Source of the DNA: Candidatus Bathyarchaeia archaeon
GTDB lineage: Archaea > Thermoproteota > Bathyarchaeia > 40CM-2-53-6
Length of the DNA stretch: 64,000 bases
Reading direction: 5' to 3'
Assembly: GCA_049513715.1 (NCBI GenBank)
Contig: JBEKVV010000001.1
Span: 320,001 to 384,000 of the forward strand
Shown here: positions 20,856 through 31,280 of the stretch, piece after piece
Layout of the letters: the number at the start of each line of letters is the position of its first letter
Numbering within the stretch: position 1 is the first letter of the stretch
Position numbers and translations under genes: made by a program
Notes under the pieces: generated by a model
Told to the model about the DNA's origin: nothing
The model's database searches: none
The model's input: only the letters and a program-made list of their open reading frames with translations

Positions 20856-21836
20856 TTTTGTGCCGCAGCTTTGGCAGAAGCTGGCGTTGGTTGGGACGAC
20901 GGCGTTGCACTTGGTGCATTTTCTGACTGGGACATTGCTCGGTTGAGTTTCGCCTCCGCCTATGGTTTGGCCGCAGTTAGGGCAGAACTTCGACGTTGAA
21001 GGAATATGAGCCTGGCAGCTGGGGCAGATGATCAGGGCCACTGACATTCCTGCACCAGTCGGCGTTGTTTGGAACAGTGGTGGAATCATGACCATGCCGG
21101 CGCCGAAGGCGGCGCCCCCACCCTGAGATTTTCCGAGCTCAGTCGCTGCCTGCCTCACCGTCTCCATGCGAATCACTTCATCTCCTGAGACGCGTCCTGA
21201 CTTGAGCCAGAAGAGGCGGTCACGGAATTCGGGTGTGGTGTCGATGCCCTCGAACTTGAGGTCGACCATTTGAACTCCAATGCGCTTGAAGTAGTCGATG
21301 AGGCTTGCCTTAACTTCGTTCGATGTATCATCCAGTTTCGTGAACACGGTTTGCAAGTCATATTTCGAGAGGACGTCGATCATTTTCTCGTTGATGAAGC
21401 CTCTGAGGAAATTGTTGACGTCAGCGGTCGAGTACGCGTTCTGGCCGCCAACGACCTCATTCACGAATAGAGTCGTGTCTTCAACTTTGAACCAGAAGGA
21501 CCCGAAGGTTAGAAGTGGCGCCAGTTCGGTTGTTTGAGCACGGTTACCAAACTTGCCATTGAATTGTTTGGTGGAAATGAAAATAACGTTGGCCTTGAAT
21601 GGTGTCTTATCGAAACCGGCTATCCGGGAGATTACTGTTGTTATCCGGGGAAGGTTTAGGGTGGTGATGGTGTGGCGGCCGGGTCCGAAGGTGTCGTACG
21701 CTTTCCCGTCTCTGAAGAATACTGCCGCCTCGTATTCATGAACGAACAGTTGGGAGCCCCAGATGACGTCTTCTACTGGGTAGCGCCAGACAATGTCATC
21801 GGCGCCTGCTGAAACCCATTCTATGATCTGTGGCAT
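20847..21836 (-). CDS. SPFH/band-7 (YdjI-like) protein with C-terminal double zinc ribbons
   Basis: GSQLFVHEYEAAVFFRDGK..FGPGRHT N-terminus; CPSC..FCPNCG and CTKC..FCQSCG. Confidence 0.88.
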   Translation of the reverse strand: MPQIIEWVSAGADDIVWRYPVEDVIWGSQLFVHEYEAAVFFRDGKAYDTFGPGRHTITTLNLPRITTVISRIAGFDKTPFKANVIFISTKQFNGKFGNRAQTTELAPLLTFGSFWFKVEDTTLFVNEVVGGQNAYSTADVNNFLRGFINEKMIDVLSKYDLQTVFTKLDDTSNEVKASLIDYFKRIGVQMVDLKFEGIDTTPEFRDRLFWLKSGRVSGDEVIRMETVRQAATELGKSQGGGAAFGAGMVMIPPLFQTTPTGAGMSVALIICPSCQAHIPSTSKFCPNCGQTIGGGETQPSNVPVRKCTKCNAVVPTNASFCQSCGTKLS

Positions 21837-21841
21837 GCTTT

Positions 21842-22378
21842 CTAGACCTTTACTCCTTCAATTACCGTTTTACGTTGATCGAAAGCGAGCTCAAGGCTAT
21901 GGAGGGAGCTCTCCAGGGCTTTCTCGGAGTTGCGGGCGTTATCCAATTTGCTCTGGTCCAGGTCACTTTTGAATGAGGCGGTTGCTTCGGAGAACTTGCG
22001 CGCGGAATCCATCAGCTGCGTATCATAATCGAGCATGCGGTCCAATTCGGGCTCTTCAATCTTGATGGCGTCAAAGAACCCACTGTAACCATACGCCCCG
22101 TGGTTGATTTTCTCTGCGACTCGGTCCAATTGTGCCGTAAGCCGATTCATGGGTTCCAGCAGCTCGGTCGCCTTCGCGTCGGAGAGGGCTTGGAAGCAAC
22201 TGGTGAGGTCGTCTTTTGCGTGTTCAAGCACGTTGTAAATGTAGTCTCTGACTATTTTGTCGGCTTCACGCCTCTGTTCTCGCTGTTTGTAGCCGCGAAA
22301 GCCAGGCAGAATCAACATTAACCTTTCGAGAAGCTTCTCGTTTTCCTTGATGCGTTCTAACGGGGGCCTAGCAGACAT
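21842..22378 (-). CDS. Conserved helical hypothetical protein
   Basis: LPGFRGYKQREQRREADK and YGYSGFFD motifs; 5 nt from the SPFH gene. Confidence 0.8.
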   Translation of the reverse strand: MSARPPLERIKENEKLLERLMLILPGFRGYKQREQRREADKIVRDYIYNVLEHAKDDLTSCFQALSDAKATELLEPMNRLTAQLDRVAEKINHGAYGYSGFFDAIKIEEPELDRMLDYDTQLMDSARKFSEATASFKSDLDQSKLDNARNSEKALESSLHSLELAFDQRKTVIEGVKV

Positions 22379-22784
22379 GGTCGTTGACTCGTTGGAGAGT
22401 TTGGTGCTTGCGCTTTTAGGGGTTGTGAATTTGGTCCTGGGTTAGTGGGGGAGAACGTTAGGGGCTGCGGCTGGTTTGAAGTCCATTTCATAACACTCCC
22501 GGGTGTTGTCTTGCCTCGGTCATCTGGCACACAGCGTAACACAACTGAAAATGCCAACTGCAGAACAGGGGTATTCGTATGGAGGCCCAATAGTGTCCCT
22601 CAGTATTATCAGCTCGCTAACTCGCAGACCGGCTGCGGCGTGGCGCTGTTTCCTGTAATTTCAACCGTGAAGTGTGCCTCAAACTCAGCGAGTCGTCTGC
22701 GTCGGAAACAGCCACGACTCAGCGAATGAACTCGTTCACACTTTTCTTGCAAGCAACCTAAACCAACCCCAAACCCACAACCCG

Positions 22785-23549
22785 CTATAGTAACTTGAAA
22801 TCCACACTTGGCAGGTCGCCTTTGATTACTTCACCAGACGACCCATCCAACAGAACCTGGTACCTAGACTTCTTGTACTCGTAGCTCACGAACCAGACCG
22901 GGGCATGCAAGTACACCGCCTCGGACACTTTCAACTCCGCCTTCAAGTCTATGATCCGGTCAACCTTATCCTTAGCAAGTTGCTCGTGCAACCTCTCAAT
23001 CTCACTCTTCGCCTGGCTAACCGCCTCGTCAGCGGTCATCTCACTGTTCAAAGTCTTCGCACCGCCCTCGATCTTTGTGGCCTCGAATGGAATTTTTCCA
23101 TTCAGGGAGAGGTGATAGGCTCGGGTTGGAAAATCCGTCTGCTTCCGCGCCAAGACCAACCAATCATACGTGTCGGCAATGTCCCCCTCCTGCTCAGTTG
23201 CGGGAGAAATGCGCTCAAAGATACCCTTGTAATGCGAAGTGGCCTCCCCGCTCACCACCCAGAAAGGAAGGTACACCAAGTTCTGCTCAGCAATGGTGGA
23301 TTTCTTCATGAGGTCCTTTGGCGCGATGAAGCTGTTCCCCATCCAACTGTGAACCGCGCCCACAACCTGCGGCGCCTGCACCATGTTCAGGATCAGCGAA
23401 TGCTCAAACTCGAAGGGTTTCCCGGTCTCGATGACACTAGTGAACCCACAGTAATGGCAGGTGGCTAGGATTTCACCGGGCTGAACCTGGAGGGGAGCTC
23501 CACAGTGCGAGCAGTTGATCTCACGGGCGATTTGAACCAAAGGGCTCAC
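22785..23549 (-). CDS. Zn-ribbon protein, YdjG-like
   Basis: CSHCGAPL..CHYCG, YLPFW and PVWFVSY..Y.V..DGSSGEVIKG. Confidence 0.8.
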   Translation of the reverse strand: MSPLVQIAREINCSHCGAPLQVQPGEILATCHYCGFTSVIETGKPFEFEHSLILNMVQAPQVVGAVHSWMGNSFIAPKDLMKKSTIAEQNLVYLPFWVVSGEATSHYKGIFERISPATEQEGDIADTYDWLVLARKQTDFPTRAYHLSLNGKIPFEATKIEGGAKTLNSEMTADEAVSQAKSEIERLHEQLAKDKVDRIIDLKAELKVSEAVYLHAPVWFVSYEYKKSRYQVLLDGSSGEVIKGDLPSVDFKLL

Positions 23550-23619
23550 ACAGCTGCTTAGCTAGGCTTAATGCGCTCAACGCTTTAAGCCATAAGACTC
23601 CTCGGCAGTTGAATTCAGA

Positions 23620-24675
23620 ATGGCGAACATAAGTAAACTCAAGGGCACAATGCTCACCACGATTCTGCTCACGCTCTTCATCTTCTTCGCATTCATCGCG
23701 GTAGTTTCCTTCTTCTTCAGTTATGCAACGAGCCTGGAACTGTCACCGGCAGCTATCCTGACAGGCGCGCTCGTTCTAGCCTTGTTCTTTATGCTGATTC
23801 AGTTTGCGATTAGCCCGTACATTGTGAGAGCCTCGACGCACCTTCGGTACTTGCAGGCTGGGGAAAATCCTTGGCTAGAGGGCGTTGTCGCCAAGCTTGC
23901 TCAGGCCGCTGGTGTGAAGCCGCCGAGGCTGGCCTTGGTGCCCGATTCGACCCCCAACGCTTTCGTATTCGGGAACTCGTCAAACAACATGACGTTGGCT
24001 GTGAACCAAGGACTGTTGTCCCAACTGAACGAGGATGAGATTCAAGGGGTCATTGGCCACGAGCTGGGGCACGTACGCCACAAGGACTCCATCGTCATGA
24101 CCTTCCTATCCGCCATCCCACTAATCGCTTATGTGATCGTTCGAATGGCGTTTGGTTTCAGTGTTTACGGCAATCGCAATAAGCGTGACAATGGAGCCGG
24201 GTACCTTATTCTTGCGGGAGTGCTCGCGCTGGCTGTCTATTTCATTTCACAGCTCCTGGTAATGCGTCTGAGCAGGCTTCGCGAGCATTTCGCTGACGTT
24301 TTCTCAGCCTACCTCACGGGTGCGCCAAAGAATTTGGAGAGCGCATTGACCCGAATAACGTATGGGCTTTCTTTGAGCAACCAAGAGTCCCACGGTGCCC
24401 GTGCGTTGTACATTTCAGACCCAGCCTTGGCTAAGGATGAGGTTCGGCAAATTATGCAGAACAAGAACCAGTACGACTTGGACCATAACGGTGTTCTCGA
24501 CGAGCATGAGCTTGAGCTGGCTATGCAGCAGGAGGCCAAATCGAGGTGGGGCTCAGTGAACGAGGCCTTCTCAACCCATCCGCCCACGTACAAACGCATC
24601 CTACTCCTCCGGCAGATTGAACAGGACATTTCAAGCCGGGGGATACAGAGCCAGAACATCTACGCCAAGATCTAA
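23620..24675 (+). CDS. htpX: HtpX-like M48 membrane zinc protease with an EF-hand-like insert
   Basis: PNAFVFG, GHELGH, SRLREHFAD and STHPP; insert DLDHNGVLDEHE. Confidence 0.9.
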   Translation: MANISKLKGTMLTTILLTLFIFFAFIAVVSFFFSYATSLELSPAAILTGALVLALFFMLIQFAISPYIVRASTHLRYLQAGENPWLEGVVAKLAQAAGVKPPRLALVPDSTPNAFVFGNSSNNMTLAVNQGLLSQLNEDEIQGVIGHELGHVRHKDSIVMTFLSAIPLIAYVIVRMAFGFSVYGNRNKRDNGAGYLILAGVLALAVYFISQLLVMRLSRLREHFADVFSAYLTGAPKNLESALTRITYGLSLSNQESHGARALYISDPALAKDEVRQIMQNKNQYDLDHNGVLDEHELELAMQQEAKSRWGSVNEAFSTHPPTYKRILLLRQIEQDISSRGIQSQNIYAKI

Positions 24676-24795
24676 TCAGCCGCAGGCCCCTGAGACGCTA
24701 GTGAGCACGTGACTCGCATGTCGGGCACAGTTCCAGGTCTTCACTGCGATCACGTTTGGCGTCGGCTGTAATACGATCGTTAGGGGATTGGAACC

Positions 24796-24942
24796 GTGAA
24801 CAAAGAATGGCATGAGAAGAACCAGATGCCCAAGAATCCAACATTGGAGCAGAGGATGAAGTGGCACGTGGAGCATCAGAAGCGCTGCGGTTGCAGACCC
24901 ATCCCAACGGCCCTACTGAAGCAAATGAAGAAAAACCAATAA
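24796..24942 (+). CDS. 48-aa His/Cys microprotein
   Basis: Manual translation from GTG: MNKEWHEKNQMPKNPTLEQRMKWHVEHQKRCGCRPIPTALLKQMKKNQ; GGGGA Shine-Dalgarno-like sequence upstream. Confidence 0.7.
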   Translation: MNKEWHEKNQMPKNPTLEQRMKWHVEHQKRCGCRPIPTALLKQMKKNQ

Positions 24943-24990
24943 CTGCAGGGAAACAAGGGACCATCCATCAACCCATGGTGACGGCTCTCC

Positions 24991-25272
24991 TTGAAACTAG
25001 CAGGAAACCAAATCCGATCCGAACTTTCAAGAACCAGCGGCTGGCTGTTACGGGGCAAGCGAATATTGAGGCTGTTCGTCTTCGACGACTTCATGGGTGT
25101 AATCAGGTTTTTGAACCGCGTGTCTCGAGTTGCGGAAGCGATGAATCACCATCCGGACATCGCCATCAACTACAACAAAATCAAGCTGAGTCTAACGACT
25201 CATGACGAGGGCGGCTTGACCATTAAGGACTTCAGGCTTGCCCGCAAGATCAACTCAATGAAACATGCTTGA
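24991..25272 (+). CDS. Pterin-4a-carbinolamine dehydratase
   Basis: AEAMNHHPDI and LTTHDEGGLT.KD motifs. Confidence 0.92.
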   Translation: MKLAGNQIRSELSRTSGWLLRGKRILRLFVFDDFMGVIRFLNRVSRVAEAMNHHPDIAINYNKIKLSLTTHDEGGLTIKDFRLARKINSMKHA

Positions 25273-25440
25273 GAAACGACTAATACGATAATGGGATACA
25301 AAACTACCCTACAGCCCCCCACCCCACACCTAACAATAATAGATCCATGGAAGGATCTGACTGAGCTACGGGCAGCTAACTGACATTAATCCAAAACTAA
25401 ATCGTCACGTGCTACGGAACTTCGGTTTCGCCGAGTTCTA

Positions 25441-25749
25441 TTACAGAAGTTCGATTTCGATGAACACCTTTTCAGGTGTTTGAATGCGCATCAAGCGTTT
25501 CAGAAAACGTTCGTTCGGGTCCACGTCAATCAAGCGTTTATGGATTCGCATTTCCCAGCTGTCCCAGGTATGTGTTCCTTCGCCGCATGGGCTTTTGCGG
25601 GTTGGAACCCAAAGCCTCTTGGTTGGAAGTGGGATTGGGCCGCGGAGTTTCACGCCGGTCCTCTCAGCGATCTTCATGATCTCGCTGCAAATGCTGTTCA
25701 AGCCTTGTTGGTCTGTGCTTGACAGCCGAATTCTTGCTTTATTCACCAA
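25441..25749 (-). CDS. rps10: 30S ribosomal protein S10 (uS10)
   Basis: [24 protein letters not shown] and [11 protein letters not shown]. Start placed at TTG 25749. Confidence 0.97.
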   Translation of the reverse strand: MVNKARIRLSSTDQQGLNSICSEIMKIAERTGVKLRGPIPLPTKRLWVPTRKSPCGEGTHTWDSWEMRIHKRLIDVDPNERFLKRLMRIQTPEKVFIEIELL

Positions 25750-25866
25750 GAGCTTTTTCCTTCCGTCGGGGTGTGAGACCAACCCCCTAGGCCAGTGGGG
25801 CGTTTAAAAAGCGTTCGCTGGGTGAAAGTGGTTTGGAAAAGGAAGTTTGATGGTTGAGAAAAGCGC

Positions 25867-27192
25867 TTACGCTTTCTTCTCGGCCATCTCAGCTTTCTGA
25901 GTAATCTGCTTGACTACGCCGACCGCGATCGTGCTGCCCATGTCGCGAATTGCAAAGCGTCCTAGTTGAGGAATCTCAGAGTACGCCTCGATAGCCAACG
26001 GGCGGAGCGGTTTGATCTTGACTAGTGCTGCGTCTCCTGTCTTGAGGAAGTCCGGTTTCTCTTCTGTGACTTGGCCTGAGCGGGCGTCAATCTTCTGCAG
26101 TATCTCTGTGAATGTTGCTGAGGTTGTCGCTGTGTGAGCGTGCATCACCGGAGTGTATCCGGCTGCGATGGCGGTTGGGTGGAAGACTACGATGATTTGG
26201 CCGATGAACTCGGTCGCCACGGTTGGCGGCTTGTCGGGGTGGCCAGCAACGTCCCCGCGGTGCACGTCGGTCTTGCCGACGCCTCTCACGTTGAATCCAA
26301 TGTTATCGCCTGGGAGAGCCTGTGGAATCTTCGTGTGATGAGTTTCGATGTCCTTGCATTCGCCCCTCGCGTTGGCAGGCATGAAGACGAGGTTATCTCC
26401 AACCTTCAGGGTGCCAGTCTCGACTCTGCCGACTGGTACGGTTCCGATGCCCGTGATTGAGTAAACGTCCTGCACGGGTATTCGGAGGGGTTTGTCCGTT
26501 GGCTTAGGTGGTTCTGTGAATGTGTTCAGTGTCTCGATTAGGGTTGGACCTTTGTACCAAGGCATCTTGGGAGATGGCTTGACTAGGTTATCCCCAATCC
26601 ATCCAGAAACAGGGACGAACTGGATCTTTGAAGTGTCATACCCGACGACTTTCAAGAGCGCCTCCATTTCCTTCCTGCATTCCTTGTACCGTTCCTCGCC
26701 ATAGTTTACGGTCTGGTCGTCCATCTTGTTGATTGCAACGGCAAGCTGCGCAACTCCGAGTGTTCTGGCTAGGTAGGCGTGTTCTCGACTTTGGCCGCCT
26801 GGCCCAACGCCGACCTCGAACTCCCCCTTCTTACCCGAAACAACTAGGATTGCTGCGTCGGCTTGGCTTGTGCCCGTAATCATGTTCTTGATGAAGTCAC
26901 GGTGGCCTGGGGCGTCGATAATGGTGAAGAACAGCTTGTCCGTCTCGAACTTCTCAAACCTAAGGTCAATCGTGACACCACGTTCCCTTTCCTCCTTGAG
27001 TGTGTCGAGAACCCAAGCGAACTTGAAAGTCTCACCAGCGCCAAGCTTGGCGGACTCATCAGCATACTTCGCAATAGTTTTCTCGTCCACGTTCCCCGTG
27101 TCGAAGAGCAAATGCCCAGTCATGGTGCTCTTTCCGTGGTCGACGTGGCCAATGATGATAAGGTTCAAGTGCGGTTTCTTAGAGGATGACAT
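25867..27192 (-). CDS. tuf: Translation elongation factor EF-1 alpha
   Basis: [30 protein letters not shown] and [10 protein letters not shown]. Confidence 0.99.
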   Translation of the reverse strand: MSSSKKPHLNLIIIGHVDHGKSTMTGHLLFDTGNVDEKTIAKYADESAKLGAGETFKFAWVLDTLKEERERGVTIDLRFEKFETDKLFFTIIDAPGHRDFIKNMITGTSQADAAILVVSGKKGEFEVGVGPGGQSREHAYLARTLGVAQLAVAINKMDDQTVNYGEERYKECRKEMEALLKVVGYDTSKIQFVPVSGWIGDNLVKPSPKMPWYKGPTLIETLNTFTEPPKPTDKPLRIPVQDVYSITGIGTVPVGRVETGTLKVGDNLVFMPANARGECKDIETHHTKIPQALPGDNIGFNVRGVGKTDVHRGDVAGHPDKPPTVATEFIGQIIVVFHPTAIAAGYTPVMHAHTATTSATFTEILQKIDARSGQVTEEKPDFLKTGDAALVKIKPLRPLAIEAYSEIPQLGRFAIRDMGSTIAVGVVKQITQKAEMAEKKA

Positions 27193-27305
27193 GCATCATC
27201 TTTCCAGAGTTTAATTTACAATTCGTAGTGAAGATTGGCACCCAATATTTAAGGGTTAGAACGAGAACTGCAAGAAAGTTGAGCCAGACAACATGCACGT
27301 TTAAT

Positions 27306-27884
27306 TTAGCGTGATGCTAGAGCGACGCGCTCCATTTCATCGCGTTTTCGAACAGCGAAACTTCTGTTGTCCCTTTGGGCCGCGTAAATGATCTCCTCCG
27401 CAAGGCATTCATCAATGGACCTCGGGTTACTGTAAGCCGATTGCCGGGCTCCGTCGGTCATGAAGCGTAGGGCAATGTCGATTCGCCGCATGGGCGCTAT
27501 GTCTATGGAGATCGGGTAGACGATGCCACCGTACGCTATCCTCGTCACATCTTCAGCCGGCGCAGTGTTCACTACGGCTTTGACCAATGACTCTACAGGG
27601 TTCTTTCCGGTCTTCAGGTTTACGATTTCTAAGGCGTTCTTGACGATCCCGATGGCCTTTGCCTTCTTTCCGCCCACTCTTCCAGGTCGCATCATATTGT
27701 TGACGAGCCGTTCGACGATGTTCAATGAAGCCTTGCGAAAGCGCTTGTGCTCGTGCCTACCCCCGCTATGGGGGTAAAGGATCGGCGTGACGCTCAAGTA
27801 ATTTCCTAGACCCGGGTCCGTAATCTCAATTCCATCAGTGCTCCATTTATCGAAGACCTTGATTTCGGGAGGTTTTCGGCTCAT
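27306..27884 (-). CDS. rps7: 30S ribosomal protein S7 (uS7)
   Basis: HSGGRHEHKRF, IVERLVN and ECLAEEII...ERVALASR. Confidence 0.97.
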   Translation of the reverse strand: MSRKPPEIKVFDKWSTDGIEITDPGLGNYLSVTPILYPHSGGRHEHKRFRKASLNIVERLVNNMMRPGRVGGKKAKAIGIVKNALEIVNLKTGKNPVESLVKAVVNTAPAEDVTRIAYGGIVYPISIDIAPMRRIDIALRFMTDGARQSAYSNPRSIDECLAEEIIYAAQRDNRSFAVRKRDEMERVALASR

Positions 27885-28044
27885 TGTAGCAAACCTATTC
27901 TGGATTTTTGTTAGGCTAAGGGATTCACTGTATTAAGCGTTAACTTCACCGGAGAATATCTACCCAACTATGCAATTCGATTCAGTTCGAATTTCACTGG
28001 GAACTCAGCGCTCGTTCTTGATTCGCTTACTACGCAACTATGGA

Positions 28045-28372
28045 TGGCGGTGGTAGCATCCCCAATGAATTGGCAGTCCTCGCCACCGCGGTTTCCTCAG
28101 AATCGTCTACACCCTGTGGTCCCATCAGCGCCTGGGCGCTCGCCTTACGACTGCTCTCTTCCGAGCCTCATCGGGTTCGACGATGAAGAGGTAAACCCTT
28201 CCCTTCAGAAGGGCTTCCTCCGACGCTGGCCCGGTGGGGCAGAGTATCATCGTTGACTCTGAAGGCCTACTGAGGTCCGGAGCTACCTCTTCCTCAGGTT
28301 AACGGGTCCCCGCGTATAGCCGATTTCGGGTCACAGGGAACGGCTGGCTCCCCGATCCTCCTACCACCGCCA
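28045..28372 (-). ncRNA. ffs: Archaeal SRP (7S) RNA
   Basis: 12-bp terminal helix TGGCGGTGGTAG/CTACCACCGCCA, Alu-like CCCTGTGACCCGAAATCGG, helix-8 motif AGGCTCGGAAGAGAGCAG, and a TTTATAT box about 25 nt upstream. Confidence 0.93.
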
Positions 28373-28435
28373 AATCAATCTCAACATAATTCATCATATA
28401 AAGTCGGTACCGTGGGGCAATAGACCCCTTCGAAG

Positions 28436-29350
28436 CTAGGCTGCGATTGCCTCAAGCATCAGACAAGCCTCACAAAGCCTGTGAGGAGTCGGGTCCCCAC
28501 ACTTCTCGCACTCGTTCAACTCAGATGGCGGCGCAGTATCAGCTAGTGAGTTACGCAGCCTTTCGGCTGTTCTCTGTAGCGTGAACTTGGTGCCCGGATG
28601 TTTCTGTTCCATCTGGTTCATGAAATTCCTGACGTCATTTCTTAGCGCCTCGCTGCTATGGGGGCATGCGATACTCTGAAACTCAAACCCGGACAGGTAG
28701 GCGTAGAGGACCACCTCTCTCTCGAGGATATCACAAAGGGGCTTAATGCGGGTGAGGAATCGCCTCCGCGGGTCGCGCAGCACTGGGCCTGACCGCCCGA
28801 TTCGCGTCGGGTCCCCATGCAACATGTTCAGAAGAACTGTCTGAACCTCGTCGTCGAGGTTGTGCGCAATTGCGATCTTCGTGGCACCGACCATCAGCGC
28901 AGCCTTGTTAATCGCTTTTCTCCGGAACACGCCACAGTGTGAGCAAGGTGTCTGCCCCAGCTGCATCCTAACAATCTCGTCGGTAGTGATTCCGAAGAGG
29001 TTTCTGTACGAGACAACAAAGTGCGGAACCCCGAGATTCTCGCAGGCTTTTCGGGCCAACTCCAAAGCCTCGTCACGATACCCTTCGATGCCTTCGTCAA
29101 CGCTAACTGCAGTGATTTTGCTACGCGGAAAGCGCTTCTCCAGTTCAACCAGAAGGTGAAGAAGCACTAGGCTATCCTTTCCGCCTGAAACCGCGACTGC
29201 GATGTGATCGTCGTGGGCAAGCATTTCATGCTTGACTACCGTTCTTCTGACGTGCTCTTCAATTGCTTCGCGGAAGCACTTCGCACAAAAGGATGTCCCT
29301 TCGAATTCGCGCGTGTAAACGGCGTCTGCTGAGCAAAACTTGCAGAGCAC
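28436..29350 (-). CDS. tRNA 2-thiolation protein (NcsA/Ctu1/TtuA; TIGR00269 family)
   Basis: AVSGGKDS PP-loop, PCSHCGVFRR, AHNLDD and terminal Zn fingers. Confidence 0.93.
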   Translation of the reverse strand: MLCKFCSADAVYTREFEGTSFCAKCFREAIEEHVRRTVVKHEMLAHDDHIAVAVSGGKDSLVLLHLLVELEKRFPRSKITAVSVDEGIEGYRDEALELARKACENLGVPHFVVSYRNLFGITTDEIVRMQLGQTPCSHCGVFRRKAINKAALMVGATKIAIAHNLDDEVQTVLLNMLHGDPTRIGRSGPVLRDPRRRFLTRIKPLCDILEREVVLYAYLSGFEFQSIACPHSSEALRNDVRNFMNQMEQKHPGTKFTLQRTAERLRNSLADTAPPSELNECEKCGDPTPHRLCEACLMLEAIAA

Positions 29351-29364
29351 CTTCCGGTACCCAC

Positions 29365-30537
29365 CTAGTATCTGAGAAAACCGAATCGGAAGAGGGAGAG
29401 CCCGACGTTCAGGAGGAGGACGCCGTAAGCAGCTCCGTTGGCAACCATCCGGATTCCTTTCGTCTTCTCAATGCCGAGAACGTTCAATGTCGCCTCCAAG
29501 AATTTGTCTCCGTCGAAGGGGTACATAGGAAGCATGTTGATTAACGCAACACTCACCAAGACTATTGACAACCAGTACTCCGCGTGCAAGAGTATGTTTG
29601 GGAAATCACTCGACACGAACGGAACCTTAGGCTGATAAACGATATCGTCAACCAGCCCGCTGATTCCCATTACAGCATGACTTGCATTATTCGGATCCAC
29701 TACAGTCTTGACTGTGAAGCTTCCCCTCGCTGTTCCCACCACAACTCCCTGCCCGGGGCCGACGTCGGCCATGTAGCGGCGTAAGTCATTGATCCCGGTG
29801 ATTCGTGTTCCATTGATGCTTGTGACGATGTCGCCTGCCTGCAGGCCGGATGAATGTGCTGGAAGGTTGTCTGGGACACTTCCGATTGTTACGCCCGAGG
29901 CAACCACGTTGTAGAAGGGTGCGATTGTTCCGGCGAAGTTGAAGAGTAGGAAAACGCACAATATGCCTAGCACGGCGTTCGTGAAGGAACCCGCTGCGAA
30001 GACGCGGAGCTTGGTTGCATTGTTGGCTGCGTTGAGTTTTTCCTCGTCGGGCTCAACGAATCCACCCATCAAGAGGTGCGCGAAGAAAGCGCCCGTAGAC
30101 TTCAGGGGGACGCGGTCAACTAGGCTCGCAATACCGTGGGACAATTCATGTGACGCCACTGTGATGGACAATGCTAAGACAAGGTACGGGAAGGTTTCGA
30201 ATGTAACGCCAATGCCGGGCAACGGGACTATGGGCTGTACTGATACAGCGGCCTCCGGTCTGACGAAGAGGTTCAATAGATTCTTTGTGAGCTGATAGAA
30301 TATGTACGTCATTGAACCGATTCCGGTCACTATGCCAAGGTTCCATATGGTCCGCCAAGCCGCGGGGGCAGACTGTGAGATGCGGTCAATCCAATTGTTC
30401 AGTCGAGTTGTTCGGTAGATCAAGTATAATGGAAGGCCCGAAACTCCAAATCTCTCCCCCTTGAACGCCCACCACGCTAGAGTGATGATGACCCAGATCG
30501 CAACGTATACGGCAAGGAAGGAGAAGAGAGGGTTCAT
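29365..30537 (-). CDS. Site-2 protease (M50) with PDZ domain
   Basis: HELSHG, FAAGSFTN and NMLPMYPFDG; PDZ segment PAHSSGLQAGDIVTSING. Confidence 0.93.
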   Translation of the reverse strand: MNPLFSFLAVYVAIWVIITLAWWAFKGERFGVSGLPLYLIYRTTRLNNWIDRISQSAPAAWRTIWNLGIVTGIGSMTYIFYQLTKNLLNLFVRPEAAVSVQPIVPLPGIGVTFETFPYLVLALSITVASHELSHGIASLVDRVPLKSTGAFFAHLLMGGFVEPDEEKLNAANNATKLRVFAAGSFTNAVLGILCVFLLFNFAGTIAPFYNVVASGVTIGSVPDNLPAHSSGLQAGDIVTSINGTRITGINDLRRYMADVGPGQGVVVGTARGSFTVKTVVDPNNASHAVMGISGLVDDIVYQPKVPFVSSDFPNILLHAEYWLSIVLVSVALINMLPMYPFDGDKFLEATLNVLGIEKTKGIRMVANGAAYGVLLLNVGLSLFRFGFLRY

Positions 30538-30819
30538 TCGAATTCTTCCGCAGTGAAACCAGAGTGTTCAACTAAAACCTTTCTGGATTTGGGCTGCCAT
30601 GAACTAACGCTATTCTACAAGCCGCAATGTGGGCCGCACGAAAACTCTTTCGTTGTTTTGACCAATGTGAACATCAAGTAGTTCGCAGATTTGTGAATAA
30701 TCAAGTCCATCTCAGAAATGAAGAGAGGAGTTTCCATTTAATTCCCGCCCAGAAAAATATCAGAGAATTGCTTAATAGGACGGCATAAATATTGGCGCAG
30801 CCCGAGTTGGGGAAAATCG

Positions 30820-30966
30820 TTGAAACCAGAGGAAGAAGACAAGATCGTCGAGGCTCTTGAGGAGCTCCGCATAAACTACAACCTAAGACAATGGCGGGTA
30901 TGCGCGTTGGTGTGCGAATCCTTAGCTGACAAGTTCCGGAACGTTGCCAACAGTAGCGACAGGTAG
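30820..30966 (+). CDS. Possible 48-aa helical microprotein
   Basis: TTG-started ORF MKPEEEDKIVEALEELRINYNLRQWRVCALVCESLADKFRNVANSSDR with GGGGA upstream; fills a gap between genes. Confidence 0.45.
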   Translation: MKPEEEDKIVEALEELRINYNLRQWRVCALVCESLADKFRNVANSSDR

Positions 30967-30987
30967 CCGGAGCGGACGTCTTCTTTG

Positions 30988-31269
30988 CTAGAGCGCTTTG
31001 AATTTTCTGTAGAAGTCAACGAGTGTCTTAGTTTTCTCCTCAGCTTCATTTAGCGTAAAGATCTTCATTCCCTGGTCGAACCTTTCGTATAGCAAGATTT
31101 TCTGTTTAACAAGCGGCTCCACGATCCTCGCTACAGTTGAGGGCGACACTCCCAGGAAGTTGGCAAGCGTCGCCTGATTGAACACGCGCTGTGACCCGGC
31201 ACTTTCCAGCAGGTACTCCATAAGCCGGACCTGGGCTCTGGACTGAAAGACCTCACTTAGCTTAGTCAA
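30988..31269 (-). CDS. Small winged-helix DNA-binding protein
   Basis: FNQATLANFLGVSPSTVARIVEPL HTH followed by a wing. Confidence 0.85.
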   Translation of the reverse strand: MTKLSEVFQSRAQVRLMEYLLESAGSQRVFNQATLANFLGVSPSTVARIVEPLVKQKILLYERFDQGMKIFTLNEAEEKTKTLVDFYRKFKAL

Positions 31270-31280
31270 ATGCTATCCCC

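Noticed and set aside
22380..22780. ORFs 22357..22590 and 22445..22729, and the many antisense ORFs within core genes
   Set aside because: No motifs and atypical composition; most are shadows of genes on the opposite strand.
28044..28256. 70-aa ORF; also first considered as RNase P RNA
   Set aside because: The locus carries SRP helix-8 and Alu motifs and lacks the RNase P P4 consensus.
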